DNA of 64,000 nt from positions 1,920,001 to 1,984,000 of the forward strand of contig CBDCTH010000012.1 in NCBI GenBank assembly GCA_965222155.1. The letters run 5' to 3'. Below are positions 27,848 through 37,881 of the stretch, piece by piece. Under the pieces are notes generated by a model. It had not been told where the DNA came from and did no database searches. It saw only the letters and a list, made by a program, of their open reading frames with translations. Position numbers and translations under genes: made by a program. The stretch's first letter is position 1, and each line of letters opens with the position of its first letter. This DNA is from Gammaproteobacteria bacterium (GTDB taxonomy: Bacteria; Pseudomonadota; Gammaproteobacteria; Eutrophobiales; Eutrophobiaceae).

Positions 27848-30124
27848 TCAGAATACGTACCTGAACGAGGTGGAAATGTTAATACCGGGACGGCTGAAGC
27901 GGTCGATATTGTCCCTGGGTATGCTCCCGGGGGGACCTTCCTGGCCGATGCCGCCAATGGCAAATACATCGCTCCATTGCCAGTACTTCTTGTCGGTGAG
28001 ATTGAATATGCCCACGTTGATATAGGCGTGTCTGTTGAAGCGGTATTCGCCAAGCAGGTCGAGCGTAACAAAGCCCGGCGTGGCAAAATACAGAAAGTCT
28101 TCTCCTTCGCTGCCGCTGCCATCAATACGGGTTTTACGTTTTACCGCGGTAAGCACCAGTTCCGCGTCCCATTTCTCGTTTGGCTGCCAGGACAAACCGA
28201 ATACCCCTTTCATGGGATCGATGCTGTTCAGCGGCTGATCCCTGTCCTTATCGTTACCCCGTGCATAAGCCACGCTGGCATAAGCCTGAAACCCGTTCAA
28301 TCCGGGGAAAGTGGCTCCGATATTCCAGTTGCCGGCAAATTCAATTCCTTTTATCTCGGCCTCCTCCAGGTTGGTAGGTTGAAACTCGAGCAACCGGGTC
28401 TGGCGATTGAACCCCCTGACAAAACTCGTTTCAATGAAATTTTCATATTCATTCAGGAAACCTGTCAGGCTGAATCTGCCGTATGGTCCCTGCCCACGGA
28501 TACCGAATTCGTAACTGTTGCTGCTTTCCGACTTAAGGTCTGCGTTGGGCAGCGTGGTATAACCACCGATGAAATTGGTGAAGGCACGATTTATATCGTC
28601 ATAAGGCGGCGCCCGGAACCCTTCGGCAAACTGCCCGTACAACGAATACACGTCATTGAGACGGATCACCGCACCAAGTTTGAACGATACCTGCTCGTCC
28701 TGGTAATTCTCCGGAATCGGCGTGCCGCGGTTACCGCTCAGGAACAAGTCGCCCGGTTTTGGCTCCATTTTATAGTGGTCATAACGCAATCCGGGAGTCA
28801 GCAATAACCTCTCACCGAACAGGGCTATTTCATCCTGCAGGAAAAAGGCATATTCCGTCGTCTCGGAGACCGGGAATCCCCGGGTCGGGAAGGTAAGGAA
28901 GAAGTTCGGGATGGCTGCGCCGGTCTGTGTATTGACCGTTCCCCCGTCACGCAGGGTCTTGCTGTCGGTTTCCTCGTACTCGAAACCATAAACAACATGG
29001 TGCTCCATCCCACCGGTATTGATTGTCCTGTCGAGTTGTAACTCCGCGCCGAAGACGTCCTGGTTGAAAGATGAATAGCGCTCGCGATTTTCCCGGCTCC
29101 TGAAACGCAGGTTGAAGCGTTCCTGATCGGTTCGCTGTACCGATTTCGAATCCTGGAAATAGAGATGCCATTTGGCGCGGGTAAACAGCCAGGTATCCCC
29201 GCTGTACTCATGGCCTATCATCAAACGATAACGTTCACGACCATCATCACCCCTGCTGGACAGGTTTTCATGGCTGCATCCTCGCGAAGTGCAGGTGAAG
29301 GTATTGTAGTCAGACAGGATATCGGTGTTGGTATCACTTTTATAATATTCCGCGGTAATGCGAAAACGGTTTGATTCATTCAAATCGTAAACCAGTTTGG
29401 CCAACACGTTATGGCTGTCAAAATCTTGCGGGTCCGCCTTGGAGCGACCCGGTCCGAGCGTGTCACCGCCGCCGTTGCTTTCCGTCTCTTCACCATCACG
29501 CCAGGTATACACCAATAACCCTTTGAGGACTTCCCCTCCTCCTGTCACGGTGGCAGTAGTCAGAAAGCTGTTATCTTCTGATGAATAACCGCCTTTGGCT
29601 GACAAGTACCAGGGGCGTTCAACGGCAGCCAGGTAATCCTCCGGGTCCTTGGTCAGGAAGGACACGACGCCGCCCAAGGCATCGCTGCCATACAGGGACG
29701 AGGCCGGGCCGCGCACGATTTCAACAGTTTTCAATGCATCGACATCGACAAAATCGCGCCGCGCCGTCATAAACGCGCCGAAATTATATTCATCGATCGT
29801 CGGTACGCCGTCCACCTGGGTCAGCACCCGATCATCACCGATACCGCGAATAGTAAAACCGTTCAGGCCGAAACGGTTTGAACCGCCGACGGATACGCCG
29901 GGTTCATAACGGATCAAATCGCGTATGTCCCGACTCAGGTTTTTCTCCACTTCATCGGCGCTGATGATGGAAACCGTGGCGGGAACATCTTCGAGCGAAC
30001 GCTCCACCCGGGTAGCCGTTACAGTAATATATTCAATCTCTGCAGCGTGACTCACCACATTGGCGGCAGTCAGGCCAACTAAAACAACCGCAGCAAATAA
30101 TCCAGACTCTGTGCCAAATCTCAT
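27848..30124 (-). CDS. TonB-dependent haem/haemoglobin receptor
   Basis: ITVTATR TonB box, DLIRYEPGV, GPASSLYGSDALGGVV, GFRAP..NADL, NLTDKKYWQW, C-terminal RYVF. Confidence 0.93.
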   Translation of the reverse strand: MRFGTESGLFAAVVLVGLTAANVVSHAAEIEYITVTATRVERSLEDVPATVSIISADEVEKNLSRDIRDLIRYEPGVSVGGSNRFGLNGFTIRGIGDDRVLTQVDGVPTIDEYNFGAFMTARRDFVDVDALKTVEIVRGPASSLYGSDALGGVVSFLTKDPEDYLAAVERPWYLSAKGGYSSEDNSFLTTATVTGGGEVLKGLLVYTWRDGEETESNGGGDTLGPGRSKADPQDFDSHNVLAKLVYDLNESNRFRITAEYYKSDTNTDILSDYNTFTCTSRGCSHENLSSRGDDGRERYRLMIGHEYSGDTWLFTRAKWHLYFQDSKSVQRTDQERFNLRFRSRENRERYSSFNQDVFGAELQLDRTINTGGMEHHVVYGFEYEETDSKTLRDGGTVNTQTGAAIPNFFLTFPTRGFPVSETTEYAFFLQDEIALFGERLLLTPGLRYDHYKMEPKPGDLFLSGNRGTPIPENYQDEQVSFKLGAVIRLNDVYSLYGQFAEGFRAPPYDDINRAFTNFIGGYTTLPNADLKSESSNSYEFGIRGQGPYGRFSLTGFLNEYENFIETSFVRGFNRQTRLLEFQPTNLEEAEIKGIEFAGNWNIGATFPGLNGFQAYASVAYARGNDKDRDQPLNSIDPMKGVFGLSWQPNEKWDAELVLTAVKRKTRIDGSGSEGEDFLYFATPGFVTLDLLGEYRFNRHAYINVGIFNLTDKKYWQWSDVFAIGGIGQEGPPGSIPRDNIDRFSRPGINISTSFRYVF

Positions 30125-30169
30125 CTCATCACCTCGTTATCTTAGAGAGTCTGGCTTGCTAACTAGTTC

Positions 30170-30227
30170 CGCAATTCCGGTCCGGCTGGCGGTATGGGTG
30201 GCTGGCGTGACCCTGATGGGTTTTTGT
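30170..30227 (-). promoter_or_regulatory. Candidate HemP/HmuP-responsive leader element (GCCAGCC direct repeats)
   Basis: cacGCCAGCCacccataccGCCAGCCggaccgg between the hemP stop and the receptor start; duplicated at 24221-24280. Confidence 0.55.
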
Positions 30228-30383
30228 TTACTTGGTTAAAATCAACTTGTTATTTGCGGTAATGCGCAGAACATAACGTTCATTGTTATGCAGGATATAT
30301 ATCTCCCTGTCCCGGCCGAGCAGTTGACGACTATCCATCTGTTTCGGCGCAGGCAGTTTTTGTTTGTCACCTGCATTCGGCAT
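30228..30383 (-). CDS. hemP: Haemin uptake protein HemP/HmuP (51 aa; missed by the ORF track)
   Basis: Manual translation MPNAGDKQKLPAPKQMDSRQLLGRDREIYILHNNERYVLRITANNKLILTK*; the KLILTK C-terminus is the family signature. Confidence 0.93.
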   Translation of the reverse strand: MPNAGDKQKLPAPKQMDSRQLLGRDREIYILHNNERYVLRITANNKLILTK

Positions 30384-30608
30384 TTAGTGACTATGCACAC
30401 TCATCTTGGCGTGCTCCTTGTGTCCGTAGTGTTCCCTGTAAATAGAGCTTAACGCCCCGCAGATATTCTCGAACACCTCTTCCCGCAGACGCAAACTCAG
30501 CGGACCGATATGCAGGTGATACATCCGGCAATCAGGGCATTGGGTTATCGAGCAGTATTCGGACTGGCCTACTGTCAATGTTTGACACGTGGTATGTTGG
30601 CTCATCAT
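30384..30608 (-). CDS. Small Cys/His-rich hypothetical protein
   Basis: 74 aa with CPDCRMYHLH and a His-rich tail; stop abuts the hemP ATG; directly downstream of the Fur box. Confidence 0.75.
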   Translation of the reverse strand: MMSQHTTCQTLTVGQSEYCSITQCPDCRMYHLHIGPLSLRLREEVFENICGALSSIYREHYGHKEHAKMSVHSH

Positions 30609-30640
30609 CTCATCTCAAGGACTAACAACCTTATTATTGT

Positions 30641-30661
30641 AAATACGAATTATTCTCATTT
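30641..30661 (-). promoter_or_regulatory. Fur box
   Basis: AAATGAGAATAATTCGTATTT on the minus strand, close to the Fur 7-1-7 consensus, upstream of the haem operon. Confidence 0.8.
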
Positions 30662-30902
30662 AGTTTATTGCTACTATACGCAAATGTCAAATAAATTTTT
30701 GACATTAACGCATTGTCTTTGGCTGGTGACCGAAAATAGGTGATAATCTATTGATTATATTGAAGAAACAGGTGAAGCAGGAAGCTGTATTTGTTTCAGG
30801 AGATGATAGACTCCATCCCGATAGTCAGCTTATCATCTGAAAGCATGTCGGCTCTTAACCCTCCCTTATGTATAATTGCCCTGACCACCCTGCCAGTACC
30901 CA

Positions 30903-32234
30903 TCACGCATTCAGGGCATAATTCCAGGTAATCATCCACGAGGGCTCGTCAGCGGCGGCAACAAAGTCCGTATCGGTCCAGAACCCTGCCACTATGGCAA
31001 GCCTGTCACCGACGTAGATGAGCGGCACGCGTTCACGCAGCCAGGGCGGCGTCCCGGTTTCCTGAAACAGCTTTTTTAACTTATGCCGGCAGTGCCTGCC
31101 AGGCAGGTGGATTTCCTCACCACCGGTACGGTAACGCACTTCCACCAGTGCATCGACGCATAATTCTTTTTTTATTCCGTTGCCGTATCCTTCAACCGCG
31201 CTCAATTCACCATATTGCAAGCGACAGGGTCCGGTAAAATCCCATACCCGTGTCACGGACTTGTCAAACTCTTCCAGCGGAGCGGCAAGGTACATGTAAT
31301 TCCCGTGCCGTTGCAGTTCCGCTCCTTTCCACCTGACCCGGGCGCTGGAGTCATGTCTCGCCTCTATCATGTCTGAAACAATGTGGGATACATGCCGGCT
31401 GTCCGGAGACGGCAAATTCAGGGCGCGGCTCCAGTAACGCATCATGTTTTTCTGCCTGGGGATGGACAACCGCTTAACGCAGTCCACAGCTACCACGTCC
31501 GGTTTTTCCGTGGAGCAGTTGAGCAAATCCTGCCGTGCCACTTCGTCCAGCAACTCCTGTGTATCGGAAAAAGCCTGAATAGCCCGGCTAACCGGCTGGT
31601 CTACCGAGGGCCACCTGTTTTTTATTACCGGGATCACTTCATGCCGGACAAAATTTCTGTCAAACCGTTTATCCGCGTTCGAGGGGTCGTCAATCCAGTC
31701 CAGGTTGTTACGTCCGGCATAATCGAACAACTGTGCGCGGGAATGGTGCAGCAACGGTCGCGCATGCAAACCTCTGCCGAACTCTCGAACGGCGCGCATT
31801 GATGCCAGTCCCATCACCCCTGAGCCGCGAAATAAACGCAACAGCAAGGTCTCAAGCTGATCATCCTGATGGTGCGCGGTCAACAGGATTTCTCCCTCAG
31901 TCAGAATATTCTCGATAGCTGCGTAACGTTTGTGCCTGGCCCAGCTTTCCGGGCTTTCCTTTCCAGGGTCATTTGCATCGATGTCAATCACTTCAAGTTC
32001 AACACCCAGGGCGCGACAGGTATCCCGGCAATGCCCGGCCCAGGTCCGGCTTTCCGGCTGTATATTGTGGTTTATATGTACCGCCTTGATGCGGTACTCG
32101 GATTCCTCACTCACGGCGACCATCAGATGCAGCAATACATGGGAATCCAAACCGCCACTATAGGCTATAAGAAATCGTTTACGACCTGGAAGGGTCTCGA
32201 GGAAGTCTGCGAGGTTCTCAGTGCTGACCCACAT
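30903..32234 (-). CDS. tilS: tRNA(Ile)-lysidine synthase
   Basis: IAYSGGLDS, TAHHQDDQLET, DPSN..FDRNFVR, KLKKLFQE..PPWLR. Confidence 0.97.
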   Translation of the reverse strand: MWVSTENLADFLETLPGRKRFLIAYSGGLDSHVLLHLMVAVSEESEYRIKAVHINHNIQPESRTWAGHCRDTCRALGVELEVIDIDANDPGKESPESWARHKRYAAIENILTEGEILLTAHHQDDQLETLLLRLFRGSGVMGLASMRAVREFGRGLHARPLLHHSRAQLFDYAGRNNLDWIDDPSNADKRFDRNFVRHEVIPVIKNRWPSVDQPVSRAIQAFSDTQELLDEVARQDLLNCSTEKPDVVAVDCVKRLSIPRQKNMMRYWSRALNLPSPDSRHVSHIVSDMIEARHDSSARVRWKGAELQRHGNYMYLAAPLEEFDKSVTRVWDFTGPCRLQYGELSAVEGYGNGIKKELCVDALVEVRYRTGGEEIHLPGRHCRHKLKKLFQETGTPPWLRERVPLIYVGDRLAIVAGFWTDTDFVAAADEPSWMITWNYALNA

Positions 32235-32300
32235 AAGTCACCCTGAAAAAAGAGATAAAAATACGCTTATCCCCCAAAAATGAAAACCCCCTCCCCTGCT

Positions 32301-33272
32301 TTACTCATGAAAATGTCCGTATGAACGAAGCCGTGTTTGACGGGTATCCAAAAGTTCGTCGGCGCTTACCTGATTAAGTTCGGATAACTGTCTTTTTATC
32401 TCTGTACTGACGTTGGACGCCACCTGATCATAGTTCCTGTGCGCCCCCCCCAGGGGCTCATCAATTATGCTGTCAATCACATCCAGTTTTTGCAGTCTTT
32501 GTGCGGTTACCCCCAGGGCTTCAGCGGCGTCTTCAGCCCTGCCCGCATCTTTCCACAGAATGGACGCACAGCCTTCGGGTGAAATAACCGAGTAGGTGCT
32601 GTATTGCAGCATATTCAACCTGTCTCCTACGCCGATTGCCAGAGCGCCGCCGGAGCCTCCCTCGCCGATGACGATTGCGATAATGGGGGTGCGTAACTCT
32701 GACATCACCATTAAATTTCTCGCAATGGCCTCGCTTTGCCCGCGCTCTTCGGCGCCGATCCCCGGATAAGCCCCGGGTGTATCGATAAAAGTCACTACCG
32801 GTAATTTGAACCTTTCCGCCAGTTGCATGATACGCAGCGCTTTGCGATAACCTTCGGGTTTCGGCATCCCGTAATTACGGTAGATTCTCTCCTTTATATC
32901 CCTGCCCTTCTGGTGTCCTATCAGCGCAACGGGCTCGCCTTCAAACCGGGCAATACCGGCCAGTATAGCCGGGTCATCGGCAAAATTACGATCGCCGTGC
33001 AACTCGGTAAAATCAGTAAAAATCCTGCTCACATAGTCCAGGGTATAGGGTCTGAGTGGATGTCTGGCTATCTGGGAAATCTGCCAGGCGCTGAGCGACG
33101 TAAAAATAGCCTGGGTCAGATCTTTACTGCGTTTCTGCAACCGGGTAATTTCATCATGGATATTCAGCTCACTGTCGTCACTGACATGACGCAACTCCTC
33201 AATCTTTGCTTCCAGCTCAGCAATAGGCTGTTCAAAATCGAGAAAATTAACCGATTGATTTTGTTGTTCCAT
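32301..33272 (-). CDS. accA: Acetyl-CoA carboxylase carboxyltransferase alpha
   Basis: [39 protein letters not shown]. Confidence 0.98.
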   Translation of the reverse strand: MEQQNQSVNFLDFEQPIAELEAKIEELRHVSDDSELNIHDEITRLQKRSKDLTQAIFTSLSAWQISQIARHPLRPYTLDYVSRIFTDFTELHGDRNFADDPAILAGIARFEGEPVALIGHQKGRDIKERIYRNYGMPKPEGYRKALRIMQLAERFKLPVVTFIDTPGAYPGIGAEERGQSEAIARNLMVMSELRTPIIAIVIGEGGSGGALAIGVGDRLNMLQYSTYSVISPEGCASILWKDAGRAEDAAEALGVTAQRLQKLDVIDSIIDEPLGGAHRNYDQVASNVSTEIKRQLSELNQVSADELLDTRQTRLRSYGHFHE

Positions 33273-33284
33273 TGTACGGATCGT

Positions 33285-36200
33285 CTACAAGTTTACCTTG
33301 TCTGGAAAATCCAGATTTATATTCACTGCGCCAACCATATTGCTGAGTTCGGCCAGTAATTCATCACTGATTTTTACGCTCCAGTCGCTGCCGAAACTCA
33401 AAACAGTTGAGATACAACCGTTATTATATTCCATACAAACCCGGTTTGTCCCGGTTCCATGCCGTGATAATACCTCTTTCAGACCGGGAATAAACCTGTT
33501 GTCCAACATGTTTTTGTTTATCTTCAACCGCACTGCGGCAAATTGCTCACGCAGTTGTGCAAGCGAATAAACCTCTTTGGCAACGATAGCAACACCTGAT
33601 TCGTAATAGTCATCCGCCACCGCTTCACCCTTGAGGATGACCAGTTGGTCTTTCAGTAATAAATCACGGTAGAGCTGGTAATTTTCACTGTAAACCGTGA
33701 TTTGGACCCGGGCGGTTTTATCATCCAGCATGATCTCGGCCATGCGCCCCCTGACCCCGGACCGGATGCGGACATTTTCAATGTAGCCGGCTACCGTCAG
33801 GTTCACGCCGGGCCTGACCTTGCTCAGATTGGATGTAGTGAATGTTGACAGTTCACTTTCGTAACGCGTGATGGGATGACCTTCCAGGTAGAATCCCAGG
33901 GTCTGTTTCTCTCCCATCAGGCGTTCGTGCTCTTCCCAGTCAGGCACACAGACATAGGGTATTTCAGACTTGTGACTGCTGTCTGCAGGTACTGTCAACA
34001 GTACCGTTCCAAACATGTCATCCTGTCCTGAATCCGCATTCCCCACGTATTGCTCAGCAAACTTCATCGCCTTCTCCAGGCTTGCCGCCAGCATACTCCT
34101 GGGCCGGCCGAAGTCATCCAGCGCGCCGGATCGGATCAGGGCTTCTATAACACGCTTGTTTACCCTGCGCGGATCAACCCGCCGGCAGAATTCAAACAGG
34201 TCAGAGAACTCCCCATGCTCCTGCCTTTCTTCGCACAGTCTGATGATTGCAGACCGGCCCACTCCCTTTATGGCGCCCAATCCGAATAAAATCGTTCCCT
34301 CGTCCATCACCCTGAACTTGAAATCACTGCTATTTACCGAAGGTGGCTTCAGGATCAGCTTCATCCTTCTCAATTCCTCGATAAGCCTGACAATCTTGTC
34401 TGTGTTGTTCATATCCGCAGACAGCACGGCCGCCATAAATGCCGCAGGATAATGCGTTTTCAGCCAGGCTGTCTGGTAGGCCAGCAAGGCATAAGCAACG
34501 GAGTGAGATTTATTGAAACCGTAACCGGCAAATTTTTCCATCAGGTCGAATATGGATGTGGCAATCTTATTGCTGACCTGATTTTTTATCGCACCGTCGA
34601 CGAAAATGTCTCTCTGCAGGGACATTTCTTCGCGTTTTTTCTTCCCCATGGCGCGTCTCAGCAAATCTGCCGCCCCCAGGGTGTAGCCTCCCAACATCCG
34701 GGCAATCTGCATCACTTGTTCCTGGTACAGGATGACGCCGTAAGTCGGCTTCAATACAGATTCCAGCGCGGGGTGAAGATAGCGCACCGGCGCCTTGCCT
34801 TTTTTCCTGTCGATAAAATCATCAACCATCCCCGAATCCAACGGGCCGGGGCGAAATAACGCCACCAGGGCAACCAGGTCATCGAATTTATCCGGCTCAA
34901 GCCGTTTTATCAGTTTTCTCATCCCGTCCGATTCCAACTGGAATACGGCAGTGGTATCCATGCGCCGGATCGTTGCATAAGTGTCTGCATCATCGAGAGC
35001 AATGGTGCTGATATCCAGTTTTGCAGCAGTCTTGTCAAGCAGTTTGTCATTGATATCCTTCAGCGCCCAATCGATGATGGTCAGGGTGCGCAAGCCGAGA
35101 AAATCGAATTTGACCAGGCCAATGGTCTCCACGTCGCCCATATCAAACTGGGTTGACGTGACCGTAGTGTTTTTTTCACAGTACAAAGGCATGAACTCAG
35201 TCAATGCCCGGGGTGAGATGACGATGCCGCCGGCGTGTTTTCCTGCGTTCCGGACCAATCCTTCCAGTTTTTTAGCCAGGTCAATAAGTATCCTGACTTC
35301 CTCTTCATCAGCATATCGCTGTTTCAACGTATCCTCTTCTTTCAGCGCGCGCTCCAGTGTCATATCCAGTTCAAACGGAATTAATTTGGCTATCTTGTCG
35401 ACGAAACCGTAAGGGTGTCCGAGAACCCTGCCGACATCCCGCACCACGGCTTTCGCAGCCATGCTTCCAAAAGTGATTATCTGGGAGACACGCTCACGGC
35501 CATATCGGGTGGATACGTATTCAATCACTTCATCCCGTCTGTCCATGCAAAAGTCCACGTCAAAATCCGGTAACGATACCCTTTCAGGATTCAGGAACCG
35601 CTCGAACAACAACTCGTGATAAATGGGGTCCAAATCGGTAATGCCCAGGACATAAGCAACCAGGGACCCTCCCCCGGAACCGCGCCCCGGCCCAACCGGT
35701 ATCCCCTGCTGTTTTGCCCAACGGATGAAATCAGCGACGATGAGAAAATAACCGGGGAAACCCATGTTGGTAATGACTTCAAGCTCCTGCTCCAGACGCT
35801 GCCTGTATTGCTCCAGGTCAATATCACTGCCGGATACTTTGCTGTCATCGACCAGTCTCTCCAACCCGGTATGCGCCTCCCGCTGCAACAAGCCGGCCTG
35901 GTCAAGGCCTTCAGGAACAGGAAACTCCGGCAGGTGGTACTCATCAAATTGCAACTCAAGGTTACAGCGTTTGGCAATATTTACGCTATTCTGCAAGGCT
36001 TCCGGCAGGTCATGAAATAACTCAGCCATTTGTTCCGACGTCTTCAGGTATTGTTCGTTGCTGTACAGGCGCGGTCGTTTGGGATCGTTAAGCGTATATC
36101 CGTTATTGATACACACGCGGGCTTCGTGGGCAGCAAAGTCATCAGGCGTTAAAAACCTTACATCATTGGTTGCAACCACCGGCATGTCGAACTCGGCTGC

Positions 36201-36770
36201 AAGCTCCATGGTTTCATCAATATAGATGTCTTCTCCCTGACGGCCGGTTCGTTGTAACTCCAGGTAAAACCGGTCCGGGAATAAATCCCTGAAATATGCA
36301 AGTTGCTCCCTGGCATTATCGATTTGATTGTGCAGCAGAGATTGGCCGACCACACCGTTCCCGGCACCGGACAAGGCAATCAAGTCTGCTGCGTGACGAT
36401 TGAGCCAGTCTCTTTGTATAACAGGCGCTCCACGCGTCTGGCCATGGGTGAAACTACGGGTAATCAATTCCGCCAGGTTTCTAAATCCGTCGTTATTCTG
36501 ACACAGCAGTACCAGTCTGTGACCTTTGTCGTCGCCATCATTATCCGCCAGGTTGATTTCGGCGCCGATGATGGGTTTGACACCTCGGTCCAGGCATTTT
36601 CGATAAAATTTAACCATCGAAAACACGTTACACAATTCAGTGACGGCTGCACTCCACATACCTTTATCTACCAGGGCGTCAACGTAATCGCCCACTCGCA
36701 ACAGGCCGTCTACCAGGGAATACTCCGTGTGAACGTGTAAATGAACGAATTTATTATCTGCCGTTTCCAT
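33285..36770 (-). CDS. dnaE: DNA polymerase III alpha subunit
   Basis: HLHVHTEYS, GPGRGSG, PDFDVDF, KFDFLGL, YGFNKSH. Confidence 0.98.
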   Translation of the reverse strand: METADNKFVHLHVHTEYSLVDGLLRVGDYVDALVDKGMWSAAVTELCNVFSMVKFYRKCLDRGVKPIIGAEINLADNDGDDKGHRLVLLCQNNDGFRNLAELITRSFTHGQTRGAPVIQRDWLNRHAADLIALSGAGNGVVGQSLLHNQIDNAREQLAYFRDLFPDRFYLELQRTGRQGEDIYIDETMELAAEFDMPVVATNDVRFLTPDDFAAHEARVCINNGYTLNDPKRPRLYSNEQYLKTSEQMAELFHDLPEALQNSVNIAKRCNLELQFDEYHLPEFPVPEGLDQAGLLQREAHTGLERLVDDSKVSGSDIDLEQYRQRLEQELEVITNMGFPGYFLIVADFIRWAKQQGIPVGPGRGSGGGSLVAYVLGITDLDPIYHELLFERFLNPERVSLPDFDVDFCMDRRDEVIEYVSTRYGRERVSQIITFGSMAAKAVVRDVGRVLGHPYGFVDKIAKLIPFELDMTLERALKEEDTLKQRYADEEEVRILIDLAKKLEGLVRNAGKHAGGIVISPRALTEFMPLYCEKNTTVTSTQFDMGDVETIGLVKFDFLGLRTLTIIDWALKDINDKLLDKTAAKLDISTIALDDADTYATIRRMDTTAVFQLESDGMRKLIKRLEPDKFDDLVALVALFRPGPLDSGMVDDFIDRKKGKAPVRYLHPALESVLKPTYGVILYQEQVMQIARMLGGYTLGAADLLRRAMGKKKREEMSLQRDIFVDGAIKNQVSNKIATSIFDLMEKFAGYGFNKSHSVAYALLAYQTAWLKTHYPAAFMAAVLSADMNNTDKIVRLIEELRRMKLILKPPSVNSSDFKFRVMDEGTILFGLGAIKGVGRSAIIRLCEERQEHGEFSDLFEFCRRVDPRRVNKRVIEALIRSGALDDFGRPRSMLAASLEKAMKFAEQYVGNADSGQDDMFGTVLLTVPADSSHKSEIPYVCVPDWEEHERLMGEKQTLGFYLEGHPITRYESELSTFTTSNLSKVRPGVNLTVAGYIENVRIRSGVRGRMAEIMLDDKTARVQITVYSENYQLYRDLLLKDQLVILKGEAVADDYYESGVAIVAKEVYSLAQLREQFAAVRLKINKNMLDNRFIPGLKEVLSRHGTGTNRVCMEYNNGCISTVLSFGSDWSVKISDELLAELSNMVGAVNINLDFPDKVNL

Positions 36771-36808
36771 CTTCGCTTAGGAGTTTTTCTACCACAGAAG
36801 AGTTTTTT

Positions 36809-37005
36809 GCCACAGAGGGCACAGAGCTCACAGAGTGGATTGGGAATCTTTTTTGTGCATAGGTGACTTGCATGTTTATCAGTTTATCTTCGCGCTATTC
36901 ATGTTGTTTTTTCTGTATGTATCCTGTGGCTGATAATCCTGCAACACTTGCCTGAATTCATCTGAGGCACTATATCGACTCTGTGTTCTCTGTGCCCTCT
37001 GTGGC
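36809..37005. repeat. GCCACAGAG-armed element, copy 4 (right arm overlaps rnhB 3' end)
   Basis: gccacagagggcacagagctcacagag...ctctgtgttctctgtgccctctgtggc. Confidence 0.9.
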
Positions 37006-37578
37006 AAAAATTATCGACCGCTTTACCGGGGCAAAACTGCGTCGGTGGATTGGACAAGGGCCGATTTCAGACAATGCCCGAACATGCTGCCGGGTCGGAT
37101 AACCCTTGTGCCGTGCGAAACCATAGCCTGGATATTTTCGGTCCATTTCCAGCATTTCCTGATCCCTGCTCACCTTCGCCAGGATTGAGGCGGCGCTTAT
37201 ACAAGCCTCGGTTTGGTCACCTTTAATTATGGCAGTTACCGGATAGTCTGTATGCGGGCATCGATTGCCGTCAACCAGGACCCGGGCAGGCGCCAAACTC
37301 AACCCGTTAATTGCACGTTGCATGGCCAGCAGGCTCGCATTCAATATATTTAACCGGTCAATCTCCAGATGGTCCGCTCGGCCGATGGAGCAGGCCAGCG
37401 CCTTTTCCCGGATAACCTGCGCCAGTTTTTCCCTGTGCTGTTCCGATAATGTCTTGGAATCGGCCAAGCCTGTAATCTTCTCTGTTTCATCGAGGATAAC
37501 CGCAGCCGCGATAACCGGTCCGGCAAGCGGCCCCCTCCCGGCTTCATCGACACCTGCTACCAGTTGTAGACCGGACAT
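36970..37578 (-). CDS. rnhB: Ribonuclease HII
   Basis: [43 protein letters not shown]; start moved to ATG 37578. Confidence 0.97.
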   Translation of the reverse strand: MSGLQLVAGVDEAGRGPLAGPVIAAAVILDETEKITGLADSKTLSEQHREKLAQVIREKALACSIGRADHLEIDRLNILNASLLAMQRAINGLSLAPARVLVDGNRCPHTDYPVTAIIKGDQTEACISAASILAKVSRDQEMLEMDRKYPGYGFARHKGYPTRQHVRALSEIGPCPIHRRSFAPVKRSIIFATEGTENTESI

Positions 37579-37619
37579 TATCAATTTACCGAACTCACCG
37601 GACACAGCATGAAATCTTT

Positions 37620-37881
37620 GCCACAGAGGGCACAGAGACAAGAGGGGATGCCGCCGACCCGTCATTCCGGCGTAGGCCGGTATCCAGTCGATTAGACAAT
37701 TCCTTATAAAAAAAGGTTATCTGACTGGATTCCGGCATACGCCGGAATGACGAACGGGAGCATGCACCGGAATGCCTGTCCTGGAATGCTGTAATCCAAG
37801 AACGATGCTGAACCTGTGACGGCGACTCTGGAATGTCCCTGCACCCATTATTCATTTTATTTCCTCTGTGTCCTCTGTGAC
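37620..37881. repeat. GCCACAGAG-armed element, copy 5, with nested GTCATTCCGG-type palindrome pair (37660-37752)
   Basis: Arms gccacagagggcacagag / ctctgtgtcctctgtgac; inside cgtcattccggcgtaggccggtatccag...ctggattccggcatacgccggaatgacg. Confidence 0.85.

Noticed and set aside
27838-28125. ORF-track N-terminal extension of HmuT
   Set aside because: Overlaps the receptor 3' end in another frame; the signal peptide starts at 27837
9640-30900. A single integrative element or prophage spanning the accessory block
   Set aside because: No integrase, transposase, tRNA, att-like direct repeat or phage structural gene was seen; it looks like a mosaic of separate gains
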